In this document: positions 19,701 to 30,374 of the stretch, piece by piece | How the letters are laid out: the number at the start of each line of letters is the position of its first letter | Numbering within the stretch: the first letter of the stretch is position 1 | DNA from: Balanoglossus misakiensis | Taxonomy: Eukaryota > Animalia > Hemichordata | Assembly: GCA_040954595.2 (NCBI GenBank) | Contig: JBECUI020000034.1 | Coordinates: 62,001-126,000 of the forward strand | Direction: 5' to 3' | Length of the DNA stretch: 64,000 nt | Notes under the pieces: generated by a model | What the model saw: only the letters and a program-made list of their open reading frames with translations | Databases searched by the model: none | Told to the model about the DNA's origin: nothing | Made by a program: the position numbers and the translations under genes

Positions 19701-21233
19701 ATGCAGGATGATGTCGATAATCTGCTATTACAGAGTGACGTTCCTGACAAGGAAGAACCCAAAAAAAAGAAAGTACGCGTATCTCGCGTAAAGCTGGTTA
19801 AAGAAAACGATAGTCAGGGAACCCAGGGTTTTGAAGAGTCTATTCAGTTGGAATCGAATGAAAAAAAAGTGCCGAATACACGTGATTCGGTAGTAAAAGT
19901 AAAAAAATTGAGCAAACGTGCCTTGGCAGCAGGGAAGGAAGGTGCTGATAGCTATGAGGGCATGGATACCGAAAATGTCCTGCTTATCAACGAAGTAACT
20001 GCAATGAATATGCAGGAATTGCACCAAACTGCCAGAAGGTTTGACATACCGGATTTTAATTCCTTACGTAAGCAGGAAATCACCCTTGCCATTTTGAAAT
20101 CACATAATAGCAATGGTGGTATTATCTATGCCTACGGTTCATTGGAAATTATGTCCGATGGTTATGGTTTTCTGCGCTCTCCGCAAAATTCCTATCTACC
20201 GGGTCCTGACGACATCTATGTATCGCAGTCTCAAATTCGTCTGTTTAACTTGAAAACAGGTGATACCGTCTACGGTCAAATTCGTCCCCCCAAGGATAGC
20301 GAACGATACTTTGCCATGTTGCGGGTTGAAGAGGTCAACTTCTGTCCACCCAGTGAGGCTCAGTCGCGCATGCTCTTTGATAATCTTACCCCCTTGTATC
20401 CTGATAAGCGATTAAACATGGAGGCAAAGTCAAGTGATGTTTCGACGCGATTAATCAATCTCTTCTGTCCTATCGGCAAGGGACAAAGAGGCCTTATTGT
20501 TTCACCGCCAAGGACTGGAAAAACGATTTTGCTCCAGAAGATTGCTAATGCCATTACTGAAAATCATCCTGAAGTGTATCTTATTGTGCTTCTTATCGAT
20601 GAACGCCCGGAGGAAGTTACCGATATGCAACGAAATGTGCGTGGCGAAATTGTATCTTCGACCTTTGATGAACAGGCGAGTAGGCATGTTCAAGTATCCG
20701 AGATGGTACTGGAGAAGGCAAAACGCTTTGTTGAACATAAGAAAGATGTTGTCATATTACTGGACTCCATAACGCGGCTTGCACGAGCCTATAATCAGAC
20801 GATTCCGGCTTCCGGAAAAATTCTTTCTGGTGGTGTCGACTCAAATGCCCTTCATAAGCCAAAGCGCTTTTTTGGTGCGGCAAGAAACGTTGAGGAAGGT
20901 GGAAGCCTAACGATTGTTGCCACCGCATTGGTGGAAACCGGAAGCCGTATGGACGAGGTTATCTTTGAAGAGTTTAAGGGCACGGGCAATATGGAGATTA
21001 ATCTTGATCGTCGCCTCTCAGATAGACGGCTTTTTCCCGCAATTAATGTCAAACGTTCCGGAACAAGACGAGAGGATTTGTTGCTTGAACCGGAAGAATT
21101 ACAAAAAATGTGGGTCCTTCGTAAGGTATTAAACCCAATGGACGACATGGAAATTACTGAATTGATTGTAACAAAGTTAAAGCAGTCAAAGACGAATCAA
21201 GAATTTTTACGTTCTATGAATACCGATTCATAG
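19701..21233 (+). CDS. rho: Transcription termination factor Rho
   Basis: [58 protein letters not shown]. Confidence 0.98.
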   Translation: MQDDVDNLLLQSDVPDKEEPKKKKVRVSRVKLVKENDSQGTQGFEESIQLESNEKKVPNTRDSVVKVKKLSKRALAAGKEGADSYEGMDTENVLLINEVTAMNMQELHQTARRFDIPDFNSLRKQEITLAILKSHNSNGGIIYAYGSLEIMSDGYGFLRSPQNSYLPGPDDIYVSQSQIRLFNLKTGDTVYGQIRPPKDSERYFAMLRVEEVNFCPPSEAQSRMLFDNLTPLYPDKRLNMEAKSSDVSTRLINLFCPIGKGQRGLIVSPPRTGKTILLQKIANAITENHPEVYLIVLLIDERPEEVTDMQRNVRGEIVSSTFDEQASRHVQVSEMVLEKAKRFVEHKKDVVILLDSITRLARAYNQTIPASGKILSGGVDSNALHKPKRFFGAARNVEEGGSLTIVATALVETGSRMDEVIFEEFKGTGNMEINLDRRLSDRRLFPAINVKRSGTRREDLLLEPEELQKMWVLRKVLNPMDDMEITELIVTKLKQSKTNQEFLRSMNTDS

Positions 21234-21248
21234 AGATGAGGAGAATGT

Positions 21249-21503
21249 ATGAAAAAAGATATCCATCCGAATTACAGACTTGTTGTTTTTAGAGATATGA
21301 ATACAGGGGCAATGTTCCTGGTTGGTTCATCGGTAGAATGTTCCGAGACGGTTAAGTACACCGACGGCAAAACATATCCCATGTATGAGATCGAGCATTC
21401 CAGTGCGACGCATCCGTTTTATACCGGCAAGCAACAGTTGGTGGATACTGCTGGTCGAATAGAGCGATTCCGTCGTCGGTACAGCATTGATACTACAGAA
21501 TAA
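21249..21503 (+). CDS. rpmE2: 50S ribosomal protein L31, type B (no CxxC)
   Basis: [34 protein letters not shown]; 84 aa long form. Confidence 0.93.
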   Translation: MKKDIHPNYRLVVFRDMNTGAMFLVGSSVECSETVKYTDGKTYPMYEIEHSSATHPFYTGKQQLVDTAGRIERFRRRYSIDTTE

Positions 21504-23094
21504 CTTTTTTTCTTGTTTGCAAGAAAAAAGCTAATGCCACTACACCACTGAGGGCAATCTGTATCTGTCCGAATAGGTCCCCCCATAACAGATAGAGGGT
21601 GTTATACTGGGCATACACTGGAATCTCTGGTACAAATATTTCTGCCTGCTGTAGGGCAGGAAGCGATGTTAGTATTCTGCCATGTGCATCGATAACTGCT
21701 GTAATGCCGTTGTTCCCGACTCGAATAAGGGACTTTCGGGTTTCGATACTTCGGAGTTTTGCCGATGCTAGTTGTTGGTTCAAGGTTCCCTGTTGTCCAG
21801 ACCAACTGTTGTTGGACATGTTGATAAGAACATCAGCCCCTGCTTGGTCGAATTTTCTTGCGAGATAGCCAAATGAATCTTCAAAACAAATTAATACACC
21901 AAGAGCAATAGAGTTCCCGTTTCTTAGTGGCAATTCTATGAGTGTTGATTGCCCGCCTGGAACCCAAAGAGAACCAATACCGATAACCGAGATATAGAAC
22001 TCCCGCAAAAATTCAATATCCCAATCCGGTATGTGTTCCGCATAGGGCACGAGATGTTGTTTTGCATAGCTGTCCAGTACTGTGCCCTTTGAATCCAGGA
22101 GTATCGCGGCATTATAGCCAATTGGGGTACTTTCCGGAATCGATTTTATTATAGGACTTCCAGTTAACAGGTAGTTTCCGTTGTCTTTCAGGAAATTGCG
22201 CAATGGATAGCTACCCGGAAAATAGTTGTAAAAATCCTTGTTGTCTACATAGGGAAATCGCAGAGATGTTTCGCTCCAGATAACAACATCCGGGTTAGGA
22301 TTCTCTTTTAATGCCTGCATGGTCAACCTTTGCGTCTCCAGCAAACTGCTTTCAGTCTTAGCTCTATCCCATGGATCTGCGTTATTCTGCACCAGTACAG
22401 CAGACATGTTCTCTTTTTGTTCATATTCTTCTGCTAGTCTTGCCAGTCCGTATCCATACACTAGTATAAAGAGAGAGCATGCAAAGAGCAGATGATGCAG
22501 ATCTTGGAATTTTAATTGAAAAAACATTTGTTGTTTCCCAACCATGAAACATTCAAGAATGGCCGCGTTTGCGAAGGCAAAGAGAAAACTTATGCCCCAG
22601 ACACCTGTTATATCAACAATCTGAATTAATGGGAGGGAAGATGATGCAGCGATTCCAAGAATGCCCCAGGGAAATCCCAATACTCCAACCGATTTTAAGT
22701 ACTCGTAAGCCCCAATACAGACCGCTATTGCAAAGGGCCGCAGGTGTCGCGGGAGTCGGACCGCAGCAAAAAGAGCAATAAAAAAGGGAATATGGTATAC
22801 TCCATATCCAATAGCACTACTAATAAGTGCCCATCCTGCAAAATTTTGAAAATATGCAAGCCAATAAAACTGCAACATATTAGCAGCCATACCAAAGAAA
22901 AATGCAAAGAAGATAAGATTTTTTATGGATTTTATCTGTCTAATAGCAAATAAAGCTGGAACAAAGGCAAAAATTGCACCAAAGGGAGTTCCCAATGGGT
23001 TGATATCACCCGGGAATGTACAAAACATAATGAGTGCGGATGCAATGAATAAACTAAAAAGATAAGTCTGCTGTTTCAAAAAGTTACTGAACAT
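21493..23094 (-). CDS. lnt: Apolipoprotein N-acyltransferase
   Basis: Multiple TM helices, [41 protein letters not shown]. Confidence 0.95.
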   Translation of the reverse strand: MFSNFLKQQTYLFSLFIASALIMFCTFPGDINPLGTPFGAIFAFVPALFAIRQIKSIKNLIFFAFFFGMAANMLQFYWLAYFQNFAGWALISSAIGYGVYHIPFFIALFAAVRLPRHLRPFAIAVCIGAYEYLKSVGVLGFPWGILGIAASSSLPLIQIVDITGVWGISFLFAFANAAILECFMVGKQQMFFQLKFQDLHHLLFACSLFILVYGYGLARLAEEYEQKENMSAVLVQNNADPWDRAKTESSLLETQRLTMQALKENPNPDVVIWSETSLRFPYVDNKDFYNYFPGSYPLRNFLKDNGNYLLTGSPIIKSIPESTPIGYNAAILLDSKGTVLDSYAKQHLVPYAEHIPDWDIEFLREFYISVIGIGSLWVPGGQSTLIELPLRNGNSIALGVLICFEDSFGYLARKFDQAGADVLINMSNNSWSGQQGTLNQQLASAKLRSIETRKSLIRVGNNGITAVIDAHGRILTSLPALQQAEIFVPEIPVYAQYNTLYLLWGDLFGQIQIALSGVVALAFFLQTRKKVIL

Positions 23095-23160
23095 TGTTGT
23101 ATTTTATTATATCATAGTATATGATAGCTATAAATAATAGTCTTGAAAGTAGGAGTTCAT

Positions 23161-23904
23161 GTGAAAATTCTTATAACAAATGATGATGGTATAACTAGTG
23201 AGGGACTCCGCGTATTATACAATGTATTGAATAAGGATCATGATCTCTGGGTTATTGCTCCCGATCGAAACAGGAGCGGCATTTCTAATGCAATTACCCT
23301 TTCGGAACAGCTAACTATACGTCGATATAGCGAGGGCTGGTATAGTTGTTCCGGTACTCCCGCCGATTGCGTGCTGATAGCAGAGTCCCTTCTCAAGTTT
23401 AAACCTGATCTTGTTGTTTCCGGTATTAATCACGGAAAGAATGTCGGTCCTGATATTATATATTCAGGCACGGTAGCTGCTGCCCGGCAGGCAGTCCATT
23501 TAGGAATTCCCGGCATAGCACTTTCCGTTCTTGGGCAGGAAGATATACCGTATCAATTTGAACCTATGATGCAATTTGTTGCAAAAAATCTGTCTCGCTT
23601 AAAACAAATGGGAGAAAGTCGATATATCGTTAATGTCAATGCCCCGAGCAAGAGCAATGGAACCCTTGCGTATGAACTGGCTATTCCATCCAACGGCAAG
23701 GTCCAGCCATTATTCGATATTACCAGTGTTGACGAGTCTCAATTCACTTGTCAGCTCATTGACGGCAAAGCAATAGAAGAACATACCGACGACAGTGATG
23801 TTATGGTTCTGCAGTCGGGAAAAATATCGGTTGGTCTTATTGATACTCTTCATCCAAGTAGCGACAAGGTCCTGGAGCAATATGTAGGCATGTTGGAGAA
23901 GTAA
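23161..23904 (+). CDS. surE: 5'/3'-nucleotidase SurE
   Basis: ILITNDDG, APDRNRSG, GTPADC, SGINHGKN, YSGTVAAA; GTG start after AGGAG. Confidence 0.95.
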   Translation: MKILITNDDGITSEGLRVLYNVLNKDHDLWVIAPDRNRSGISNAITLSEQLTIRRYSEGWYSCSGTPADCVLIAESLLKFKPDLVVSGINHGKNVGPDIIYSGTVAAARQAVHLGIPGIALSVLGQEDIPYQFEPMMQFVAKNLSRLKQMGESRYIVNVNAPSKSNGTLAYELAIPSNGKVQPLFDITSVDESQFTCQLIDGKAIEEHTDDSDVMVLQSGKISVGLIDTLHPSSDKVLEQYVGMLEK

Positions 23905-24572
23905 TGCATTCAGAACTGAAAGAGGCAGTACAGCTATTTCAAGAAAAAAAATTTCAAGCGGCTGTGAAGCAGTTTATGGGGTTAAAACTTTCCCAGAAAG
24001 ATAGTAGTTTACAGAGTTATTATATCGGTCTTTGTTTTGTGCACTTAAGGGATTACGATAGGGCATTGTTGTATCTGACCAATGCGCTCTCATCGGAAGA
24101 AAATTTTTTATATGAGTACCAAACCCGGATGGTCATAGGATATGTCTATGCCATTACCGACCGCCATAGACAGGCAGCACGAGAGTTTGCACAGTTGCTC
24201 GCTGATGGGTATGAGTCGGTCAAAGTCTATGCCGCCCTTGCCCATTCCCTGTATCATGTGGGCAAGGTAGAAAAAAGCGTAGCTATGCTTAGAACAGCAT
24301 TGAACATGGATCCGGAAAACAGTAATGCACTGAATTCACTTGGATACATTCTAACCGAAAGCGGTGGCGATCTAGAGGAGGCCTTGTCCTATTGTCAGTT
24401 AGCAGTTGCAAAACAACCATATAATGCTGCCTATCTCGATTCGCTGGCAATGGTGTACTACCGACAGAAGAAAGTTGATGATGCAATTTCTTTATTAAAG
24501 CAGGCTTATGAATTATCGGAGAAGAATGAGTATATTAGGCAGCACATTCAAATGGTACTTGATAGCAGGTAG
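23904..24572 (+). CDS. TPR repeat protein
   Basis: Tandem TPRs, e.g. ALNMDPENSNALNSLGY and AYLDSLAMVYY. Confidence 0.88.
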   Translation: MHSELKEAVQLFQEKKFQAAVKQFMGLKLSQKDSSLQSYYIGLCFVHLRDYDRALLYLTNALSSEENFLYEYQTRMVIGYVYAITDRHRQAAREFAQLLADGYESVKVYAALAHSLYHVGKVEKSVAMLRTALNMDPENSNALNSLGYILTESGGDLEEALSYCQLAVAKQPYNAAYLDSLAMVYYRQKKVDDAISLLKQAYELSEKNEYIRQHIQMVLDSR

Positions 24573-26514
24573 TTTGTTGTTATTGGGGCTCTTTGTTGGA
24601 TATGCACAGACAGAGATTAGCCCTGCACAGGCTGATGAAGAGTTTCGATGGGGGGTACAGTCCTACCATCTGGGGCAGTACAACGAAGCTATCTTATCTT
24701 TTACACGAGCACTCTCTTTGAATTTTGCTCATCCCTATGCACAGCCATGGCTTGCCGAGAGCTATTATATGTCTGGATTTTTGGATACGGCCATAGAAGA
24801 GTGGCGGCGTATCATCAGTCAGGAGAACAATGCCTACATTGCCGAGCGTGCACGGATCGTTGAACAGCAATATTTTAGTATTATTCCAACTCCCGAGAGC
24901 TACGATGAAATATATAGCGTTAGTCTTGAGGGAATACAAGGTACAAATTCTCTTCAGGTACAGCGGCGAAAAAACGGCGGATATTATCTCATATCACTCA
25001 CTCAGAACCTTGTTCTTCGTTTGTCCAGTACTGGGACAGTATTGGATCAGTTACAGGGTGGACAGCAGAACTTGGAAGCACCCTTTGATCTTGTCGAAGG
25101 GCAGTCTGCTCTCTACATTAGTGAGTTTACCGCAAACAGGATTGCCGTATTGGATATGAACGGCAGGCGTATTAGCAGTTTCGGGAGCGCTGGTGTTGCA
25201 CCGGGAGAACTCCTGGGGCCTCAGTACTTGTCTATGGATGAGGATAACTTTCTTTATATTAGTAACTGGGGCAACAGGCAGGTTGCTAAGTTTGATGTAC
25301 AGGGGAATTTTTTGCTGAGTTTCCCCGGCATGAGAAGACCAACGGGGGTAGCAGTGATCGGCAAGCAGGTTTTTATTGCCGATTCGGAGCTATTACAGCT
25401 CTTTGTATTTGATACCAATGCAAACTTGTTGCGTGTTGCATCACTGAATCTGCATGCACCGGAATCAGTTCGTGTATTTGATAGCGACCGCTTGTTAATT
25501 AGCGATGGGGATCGCCTGTTAATCTATAACAGTGTAACCGATAGTATTGAACATACTATTGCTGCGAACAGTGCACAGGGTGCGGTATCTGCGATACGCG
25601 ATAGCAATGGACTCATTGTTGCTACTGATATAAAACGAAATCTCCTGCACTTTTTTGCCCCTTCCACTACTTCGTTTAGTGGCTTGAACCTTCATATTGA
25701 GCGTATTCGCAGTTCGGAATTTCCACGTGTGCTTGTTGATGTACAGGTCAGTGATAAATTTGGTAGTCCTGTCATTGGTTTGTCGGTAAACGATTTTACA
25801 GTATCCGAGCATAATACGGTTGTTTCTCCTCTGCGACTTATTCAAGATGCCGAACGAGATCGGCTGCTCAATGCTGTTCTACTGTTTGAACAAACACCAG
25901 TGGTTGCTGAACTGCTTCCGATACGAAACGATGCCCTCAACGACTTGCTACAGAATACAAGTGGATACCGCATAACTGCAATGACTGCAGAAGAAAACCC
26001 GATAAAGCTGGTAGAAAATGCTACTGGGGCGAATACCCTTATAAATAATCTTCCAGAACGGTACGGAAGAATGCAATTTGATCTCTCCTTACGCTTTGCA
26101 AGCTCCGACCTTCTCCGCGGAGGGGCACATCGTGCAATCATTTTTTTTGCAACCGGGCCCTTACCTGAAAACTCATTTATTCATTATAGCCCCGAAGTAC
26201 TTGCACACTATATGATGGTAAACAGGATAAGTTTTTCGGTTGTCTTATTGGCAAACCCTACGCAGGAAACACCCATTCTGCAGTATCTCGTGGATGCGAG
26301 TGGGGGAAGCATTTCGTATGTCTATCGCGATGGGGGACTAGGCAGTGTTTTAACTAGTTTAGGCAATAAAGCAAGCGGGTACTATGTGTTGGAGTATATG
26401 AGCAGCGCAGATAGCGACTTTGGACGATCCTATATACCGCTCCGCACGGAAGCACGCCTTTTTATCCGTAGCGGAAGAGCTGAAAGCGGGTTTTTTACTC
26501 GTTTTCAGTTTTAG
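24526..26514 (+). CDS. TPR + NHL beta-propeller + vWA-like exported protein, probable ortholog of the spirochete flagellar collar protein BB0236 (FlcD)/TP0421
   Basis: Signal/TM segment, TPR, NHL repeats (LYISEFTANRI, GPQYL..D..LYISNWGNRQV, PTGVAV..VFIAD), C-terminal FPRVLVDVQVSD; lnt-surE neighbourhood. Confidence 0.65.
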   Translation: MSILGSTFKWYLIAGSLLLLGLFVGYAQTEISPAQADEEFRWGVQSYHLGQYNEAILSFTRALSLNFAHPYAQPWLAESYYMSGFLDTAIEEWRRIISQENNAYIAERARIVEQQYFSIIPTPESYDEIYSVSLEGIQGTNSLQVQRRKNGGYYLISLTQNLVLRLSSTGTVLDQLQGGQQNLEAPFDLVEGQSALYISEFTANRIAVLDMNGRRISSFGSAGVAPGELLGPQYLSMDEDNFLYISNWGNRQVAKFDVQGNFLLSFPGMRRPTGVAVIGKQVFIADSELLQLFVFDTNANLLRVASLNLHAPESVRVFDSDRLLISDGDRLLIYNSVTDSIEHTIAANSAQGAVSAIRDSNGLIVATDIKRNLLHFFAPSTTSFSGLNLHIERIRSSEFPRVLVDVQVSDKFGSPVIGLSVNDFTVSEHNTVVSPLRLIQDAERDRLLNAVLLFEQTPVVAELLPIRNDALNDLLQNTSGYRITAMTAEENPIKLVENATGANTLINNLPERYGRMQFDLSLRFASSDLLRGGAHRAIIFFATGPLPENSFIHYSPEVLAHYMMVNRISFSVVLLANPTQETPILQYLVDASGGSISYVYRDGGLGSVLTSLGNKASGYYVLEYMSSADSDFGRSYIPLRTEARLFIRSGRAESGFFTRFQF

Positions 26515-27712
26515 CATTCTGACTATTCAGTTCTTGCTGAATGTGTTCCAAATAGAATTTGGAATCTGCAACTTCCAACTCTTTATCAATAGCAATAGTT
26601 TCTTTTTTTAAGTCGAGAATAATATAGTTCTCGAGGATGGTCTTCGCATCGGTCCCTGTTAAAATACGCACATTTGGTTTTTTGGGTTCTTCCACGTTGA
26701 CATTGGTAACATAGGCAATATTATTGCTCGTCAGGTTAACAATAGCACCGTAGGGGTAAATGGTCAAAAGCGATACCAATTTACGGAGAATTTCAAAGTC
26801 AAATATTTTTTTTGCCTGTGCAAACATTGTTCGATAGGCATATTGAGTATTATGAACGGAGTTAAAGGCAGTTCCGGCTACTAAATCAACATAGTGACTA
26901 CAGACCGAAATGATCTTTGCTATTTCTGATATAGACTGGCCTGTTAGCCGTTTTGGATACCCACTACCATCAATATGTTCTTTACTTTGAAGAACTGCAT
27001 TGCAAATTGTGTTAGAAAAGCCTAATTTATTTAATATCCGGTATCCGAGCAGGGGGATTGCCTTTTTTAATCGTTCCTCCTGGTCACTGAGGGACATATT
27101 GGTAAATAATGTAGTTGGCAACTGAAGAGTTGCAATATTCTGTAACAGACTGGCAATTGCAATCTCAATGAGATGATAGTAAGGTATACGGTTTTCTAAT
27201 GCCAATGCAACTGCAAGCGCACAAGACTTTAGTGCATGGTCAGTCCAGAATTCCGGAAGTTCAGCATGTATGGAGTAAAATGGGATACGAAGCATGAAGT
27301 TCTTATGCTGTTTTACGAGACCGATGAGGTTGTGTACAACACCAAAGATACGATCTTTGGAAAAACTGTTTTCATTGATAAGACTATGAAAAATATTCAA
27401 CAAATCCTGTGACTGTAATGAAAACAACTTCCAAACATGTTGTCCGGTCTCTATCTCCAGCAGTGTATTGGATATGCGTTCCGGGTGCTCTCCGATAGCA
27501 TATTCTTTCATGGGTGATGCACTATTACTGAGACTGGCATCTACTTCTTGTGCTATGATGCTGGAAACACCCCAAGCATCCAGGATGTCGGGAAGTTCTT
27601 TAGGAAGAGGAATATTTGCAGGTAGTAAAATGTATGAATCATCAAGATAGAGTTCCGCAGAATGTTTTTTTTCGACCTGTAGTTTTGCAACAATAATTAC
27701 TTTTTTGGACAT
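26495..27712 (-). CDS. Degenerate HD-GYP domain protein
   Basis: EHIDGSGYP.RL.G..ISEIAKII retained; the HD motif is replaced by QN (LLQNIA). Confidence 0.8.
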   Translation of the reverse strand: MSKKVIIVAKLQVEKKHSAELYLDDSYILLPANIPLPKELPDILDAWGVSSIIAQEVDASLSNSASPMKEYAIGEHPERISNTLLEIETGQHVWKLFSLQSQDLLNIFHSLINENSFSKDRIFGVVHNLIGLVKQHKNFMLRIPFYSIHAELPEFWTDHALKSCALAVALALENRIPYYHLIEIAIASLLQNIATLQLPTTLFTNMSLSDQEERLKKAIPLLGYRILNKLGFSNTICNAVLQSKEHIDGSGYPKRLTGQSISEIAKIISVCSHYVDLVAGTAFNSVHNTQYAYRTMFAQAKKIFDFEILRKLVSLLTIYPYGAIVNLTSNNIAYVTNVNVEEPKKPNVRILTGTDAKTILENYIILDLKKETIAIDKELEVADSKFYLEHIQQELNSQNAKTENE

Positions 27713-27804
27713 AGCAATAGCTTAATTATAAGTATAATAAGCAATCATGTAAAGTCTTTTTTTTTTTTTATATATTTCTTATACTTAATAAGAAGGAATA
27801 TACA

Positions 27805-29019
27805 ATGATACAACGATCAGAACGACTAAAAAACGTTGATTATGCAATACGTGGACCCCTCTTGGTAGAAGCAAACCGCATGACAGCAAGGGGGACTGAG
27901 GTCATTAAGCTGAATATTGGCAATCCCGCGGCATTCAATTTTTCTGCTCCACAGGCAATGGTAGAGGCAGTATGCACTGCCTTACGCGAAGACCATGCAT
28001 CACATGGATATACGCATAGTCAGGGGCTTCCCTTGGCCGTGCAAGCCTTATATGAGTACTATCAATGCTTAGGCGAAGACATTGAGTACGACAATATATT
28101 TATTGGGAATGGGGTCAGTGAACTTATTTCGACAAGCCTGTTATCATGTATAAACCAGGGAGACGAAGTCTTGCTTCCCATGCCGGATTATCCCCTCTGG
28201 ACATCGGCGGTTCGATATTCCGGAGGTGTGGCAAAACTATATCGCTGTGATGAGGCGCTGGATTGGAATCCGGATATTGCGGACATCAAATCCAAGATCA
28301 GCGATAAAACCAAAGCCCTTGTCATCATCAATCCCAACAATCCCACTGGAGCGGTATATGCTCCTGATATCATTCGGCAGTTATATCAGATAGCCGTCGA
28401 GCATAATCTCATTATTTTGTCGGATGAGATATATCATGGAATTGTCTATGATAATGCAGAGGAACTCTCCTTAGCATCAATTTGTACCGACACGCTCTGT
28501 ATTCGATTTTCGGGGCTTGCCAAGAAGTATCGTGCTTCGGGCTTTCGTGTTGGATGGATGACTATTAGCGGTACAGTCAACAAGGAGGCGACCTTCTGTG
28601 ATACGCTCCGTCTTATGATGAGCCTTCGTTTATGTAGCGGCGTGCCGACTCAGTACGCTGTCCCAGCTGCTTTGCAAGATAAGAGCATGGACGAATTGGT
28701 CCGACCAGGCGGGCGTCTCTACGAGCAACGTAACCTTGTTTGGAAGCTCTTGAATGATATACCGGGGGTTTATTGTACGAAACCGCGCGGAGCCCTCTAT
28801 GCCTTTCCGAGGTTTGATGCCAAGGGACTTGGCGTTCTTGATGACGAAACATTTTTTCTGGATTTCTTACGGGAGCACAATGTTCTCTTTGTACATGGTA
28901 GTGGCTTTCACTATCCCGAGCCAGACCATTGTCGTATCGTATTTCTTGCCGATTCAACGCAGCTATCGACAGCCGTTGGAAGATTTGATCAATTTATCCG
29001 CTCGCGAGCAACTAATTAA
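27805..29019 (+). CDS. alaA: PLP-dependent aminotransferase class I, AlaA/AlaT type
   Basis: YAIRGP, LNIGNPA, GNGVSELI, PDYPLWT, INPNNPTGAVY, DEIY, GLAKKYR..GFRVGW. Confidence 0.85.
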   Translation: MIQRSERLKNVDYAIRGPLLVEANRMTARGTEVIKLNIGNPAAFNFSAPQAMVEAVCTALREDHASHGYTHSQGLPLAVQALYEYYQCLGEDIEYDNIFIGNGVSELISTSLLSCINQGDEVLLPMPDYPLWTSAVRYSGGVAKLYRCDEALDWNPDIADIKSKISDKTKALVIINPNNPTGAVYAPDIIRQLYQIAVEHNLIILSDEIYHGIVYDNAEELSLASICTDTLCIRFSGLAKKYRASGFRVGWMTISGTVNKEATFCDTLRLMMSLRLCSGVPTQYAVPAALQDKSMDELVRPGGRLYEQRNLVWKLLNDIPGVYCTKPRGALYAFPRFDAKGLGVLDDETFFLDFLREHNVLFVHGSGFHYPEPDHCRIVFLADSTQLSTAVGRFDQFIRSRATN

Positions 29020-29041
29020 TCAGTAGGCAGGTATAGAAATA

Positions 29042-30370
29042 ATGACCACAGTACGGTACGCACCATCTCCTACCGGGTTACAACATATCGGTGGGTTGAG
29101 GACGGCTTTGTTTAATTATCTCTTTGCTCGTTCGCAACAAGGACGATTTATTTTACGCATAGAGGATACCGACCGAAAACGCTATTCTCCTGAGAGCATA
29201 GAAGACATATATGCATCTCTGCGTTGGTTAGGCATTCAGTGGGATGAGGGGCCGGACATTGGGGGGCCTCATGGTCCTTACCTGCAATCGGAACGCTTAC
29301 CCTACTATCAGCAGCACCTGCAAACCCTGCTGGATAACGGGAGTGCATACCGCGATAAAGAAGAAGTTAATCTCATTCGTTTGAAAATGCCAAGGCATGG
29401 AAGTGTAGAGTATACAGATAGTCTACTTGGTCCCATTAGCTTTCAATGTCGGGATTTACCGTCTGATCCGGTACTTATTAAATCAGATGGGTATCCAACC
29501 TATCATTTTGCAAATGTTGTTGATGACCACCAGATGCACGTAACTCATGTTCTCCGTTCTCAGGAATGGGTCTCGTCGGTTGCTATTCATATATTGCTCT
29601 ATCGATCCTTCGGCTGGAATATTCCGATTTTTTGTCATCTTCCCTATGTTGCGGCACCGAACGGAAAGAAGTTATCCAAGAGAGACGGTGCCATGGGTGT
29701 TGATGCACTGCGTCGGGCTGGATACCTGCCTGAGGCACTCTGTAATTATCTAGCATTGTTGGGGTGGTCTTACGATGGCGAACGGGTCTTGTTTACTCTG
29801 AAAGAGCTGGAGACGCTTTTTTCCCTTGATAATCTAAATAAATCTCCTGCTGTATTTGATGTAAAAAGATTGCATTGGTTTAATAGCCAGTACATACGGC
29901 AGATGAAAGAAGATGAATTTGCAAAAGTATTGCAGCATGTAGTCGGCATGGCGCAAGAGGATGTGGAACGGGTTCGTCCACTTTTTCATCTTCTCCAAGA
30001 GCGGCTGACAACGTTAAACGAGGCAGCGGATATGCTCTCTTTTGTTCTTAACTCCGAGAAAGAATTTCAACATCTTGCCGATTACATTCCAAAAAAGGTT
30101 AATCTTGAGTCAGTTCGGAGAATACTTGCCGGCATTCGTCCTATTCTTGTTATGCACGATTTAGGTGATGCCGTAGGGCTGGAGAGGGCGTTCAGAGATT
30201 GGGCTGACGAGGCGGAAATACCAGTAAAAGCACTATTTATGACAATGAGATTAGCTATAAGTTGGTCACGGGTATCATTGCCGATTCTCCCGGTTCTTCC
30301 CGTATTAGGTCGAGAAGAAACGCTACGCAGGATTGATCGTGCAAGTGATTATATAAAAGAAGAAGGATAA
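29042..30370 (+). CDS. gltX: Glutamate--tRNA ligase
   Basis: RYAPSPTGLQHIGG, RIEDTD, DGYPTYH, KKLSKR. Confidence 0.96.
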   Translation: MTTVRYAPSPTGLQHIGGLRTALFNYLFARSQQGRFILRIEDTDRKRYSPESIEDIYASLRWLGIQWDEGPDIGGPHGPYLQSERLPYYQQHLQTLLDNGSAYRDKEEVNLIRLKMPRHGSVEYTDSLLGPISFQCRDLPSDPVLIKSDGYPTYHFANVVDDHQMHVTHVLRSQEWVSSVAIHILLYRSFGWNIPIFCHLPYVAAPNGKKLSKRDGAMGVDALRRAGYLPEALCNYLALLGWSYDGERVLFTLKELETLFSLDNLNKSPAVFDVKRLHWFNSQYIRQMKEDEFAKVLQHVVGMAQEDVERVRPLFHLLQERLTTLNEAADMLSFVLNSEKEFQHLADYIPKKVNLESVRRILAGIRPILVMHDLGDAVGLERAFRDWADEAEIPVKALFMTMRLAISWSRVSLPILPVLPVLGREETLRRIDRASDYIKEEG

Positions 30371-30374
30371 AAAT

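Noticed and set aside
29020-29041. T-box leaders for the gltX-glyQS-tyrS cluster
   Set aside because: Intergenic gaps are only 0-22 nt and no T-box consensus is present.
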